IMG/VR virus record: IMGVR_UViG_3300044911_002321
Span: 6,388 to 70,387 of that record
Strand: one strand, 5' to 3'
DNA: 64,000 bases
DNA from: a virus
This document shows, one piece after another, positions 63,158 through 64,000 of this stretch (its first letter is position 1; every line of letters begins with the position of its first letter). The translations under genes were made by a program, and so were the position numbers. The notes under the pieces were generated by a model. It was not told where the DNA came from, did not search any database, and saw nothing but the letters and a program-made list of their open reading frames with translations.

Positions 63158-63328
63158 ATGGCACAAGCTAAGAAACCTGCAGGCGGCAAAGCAGTTCCTC
63201 CCAAGGGTAAAGCCGTACCTCCCAAGGGCAAAGCAAGTGGTACCGACAAGCAAGCTGCTGCACGCGACAAGTTTAAAGAGATGATTGCCAAGAAGAAGGA
63301 AGCAGCCGCAAAGAAGAAGAAGAAATGA
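63158..63328 (+). CDS. 56-aa Lys/Ala-rich basic protein
   Basis: Hand translation MAQAKKPAGGKAVPPKGKAVPPKGK...; TATAAT upstream. Confidence 0.65.
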   Translation: MAQAKKPAGGKAVPPKGKAVPPKGKASGTDKQAAARDKFKEMIAKKKEAAAKKKKK

Positions 63329-63435
63329 TGGTATCCTGACATACAGAGCAATACCGCTCTGGAGCCAATAGTCGAAAGCTCCTTCACGTTACAGACGTAG
63401 TGTTTAGCAACAAGTTGGGTGAGAAGGAAGCTATG

Positions 63436-63461
63436 ATCCCGGTATTACACCGGGATTTTTT
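63436..63461 (+). terminator. Rho-independent terminator
   Basis: ATCCCGGT-ATTAC-ACCGGGAT followed by T5. Confidence 0.75.
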
Positions 63462-64000
63462 GTGACAACTCTTGTTGCCAACGTACCTCCAATCAAAGTA
63501 TGGGTCCGCAAGGAATATCTGTACGACCTTCAGAAAGGACATGGTGAGTACACACCTGGCTATTGGGTCACATGTAAATCACTTACGGGTCGAGCACTAT
63601 ATTTTGAAGCGTACTTGACTGAGTACGGGGCACTGTATGACAAGCTTCCTATTAGTGCGTTTCTTGCATGGGACTCAGACTATCCTGACAAACCTAAAGA
63701 ACCTACACCTGACTTGGAGCTAACCGACCTTCAATTCTGGAATGGGTTTGACCATGGACTTACGATCGTTGAAAAGAATTTAATCTTCAACATGGGTTTT
63801 GAAATCCTGACACGAAGCGCAGGTGTAATGAAGGGCACATATTTATTTACCGTGGACAACTATCATCCTCATCGGAACGAACCTGATTTTTACTTCTCGG
63901 AGTTTCCTGATGAGCACAAATCCCATAACATTGTGGCTTTGGACAACGGTCAAATTGGCGCTTATCCCAACAATCGGTGTCGCATGGTTGATCCATCATT
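63462..64000 (+). CDS. Conserved phage hypothetical protein, truncated at window end
   Basis: GTG start; ANVPP..VWVRKEYLYD..KGHGE...GALYDKLPISAF. Confidence 0.75.
   Translation, partial: MTTLVANVPPIKVWVRKEYLYDLQKGHGEYTPGYWVTCKSLTGRALYFEAYLTEYGALYDKLPISAFLAWDSDYPDKPKEPTPDLELTDLQFWNGFDHGLTIVEKNLIFNMGFEILTRSAGVMKGTYLFTVDNYHPHRNEPDFYFSEFPDEHKSHNIVALDNGQIGAYPNNRCRMVDPS

Overview
This window is most of a tailed dsDNA phage genome, very probably a cyanophage of a picocyanobacterium (Synechococcus/Cyanobium). The host call rests on an NblA-like gene, a CP12-like peptide, cyanobacterial-type DnaA boxes and -10-only promoters. Layout: 1-9.4 kb is a minus-strand early region of small hypothetical genes, each preceded by one of four families of structured RNA elements. 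About 9.5-9.9 kb is a non-coding strand switch. 10.2-41 kb is a plus-strand virion/packaging module (TerL, portal, scaffold, major capsid, hydrolases, lysozyme). 41-44 kb holds minus-strand dcd, Dam-like MTase and HTH genes. 44.5-50.8 kb holds tail fibres and an endolysin. 50.8-59.6 kb is a minus-strand replication/modification module (glycosyltransferase, SpeD, Prim-Pol/SF3 helicase, exonuclease). 59.6-64 kb holds plus-strand small genes. About nine free-standing endonuclease genes are scattered through the window. The strongest novelty candidates are: (1) a 24-nt T4 gene 60-like translational bypass element next to a homing endonuclease (61811-61837); (2) tRNA-like and other covarying RNA structures punctuating the early genes; (3) a ~210-bp palindromic iteron element present twice, 50 kb apart. 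All family assignments come from motif recognition by eye; no database search was run.
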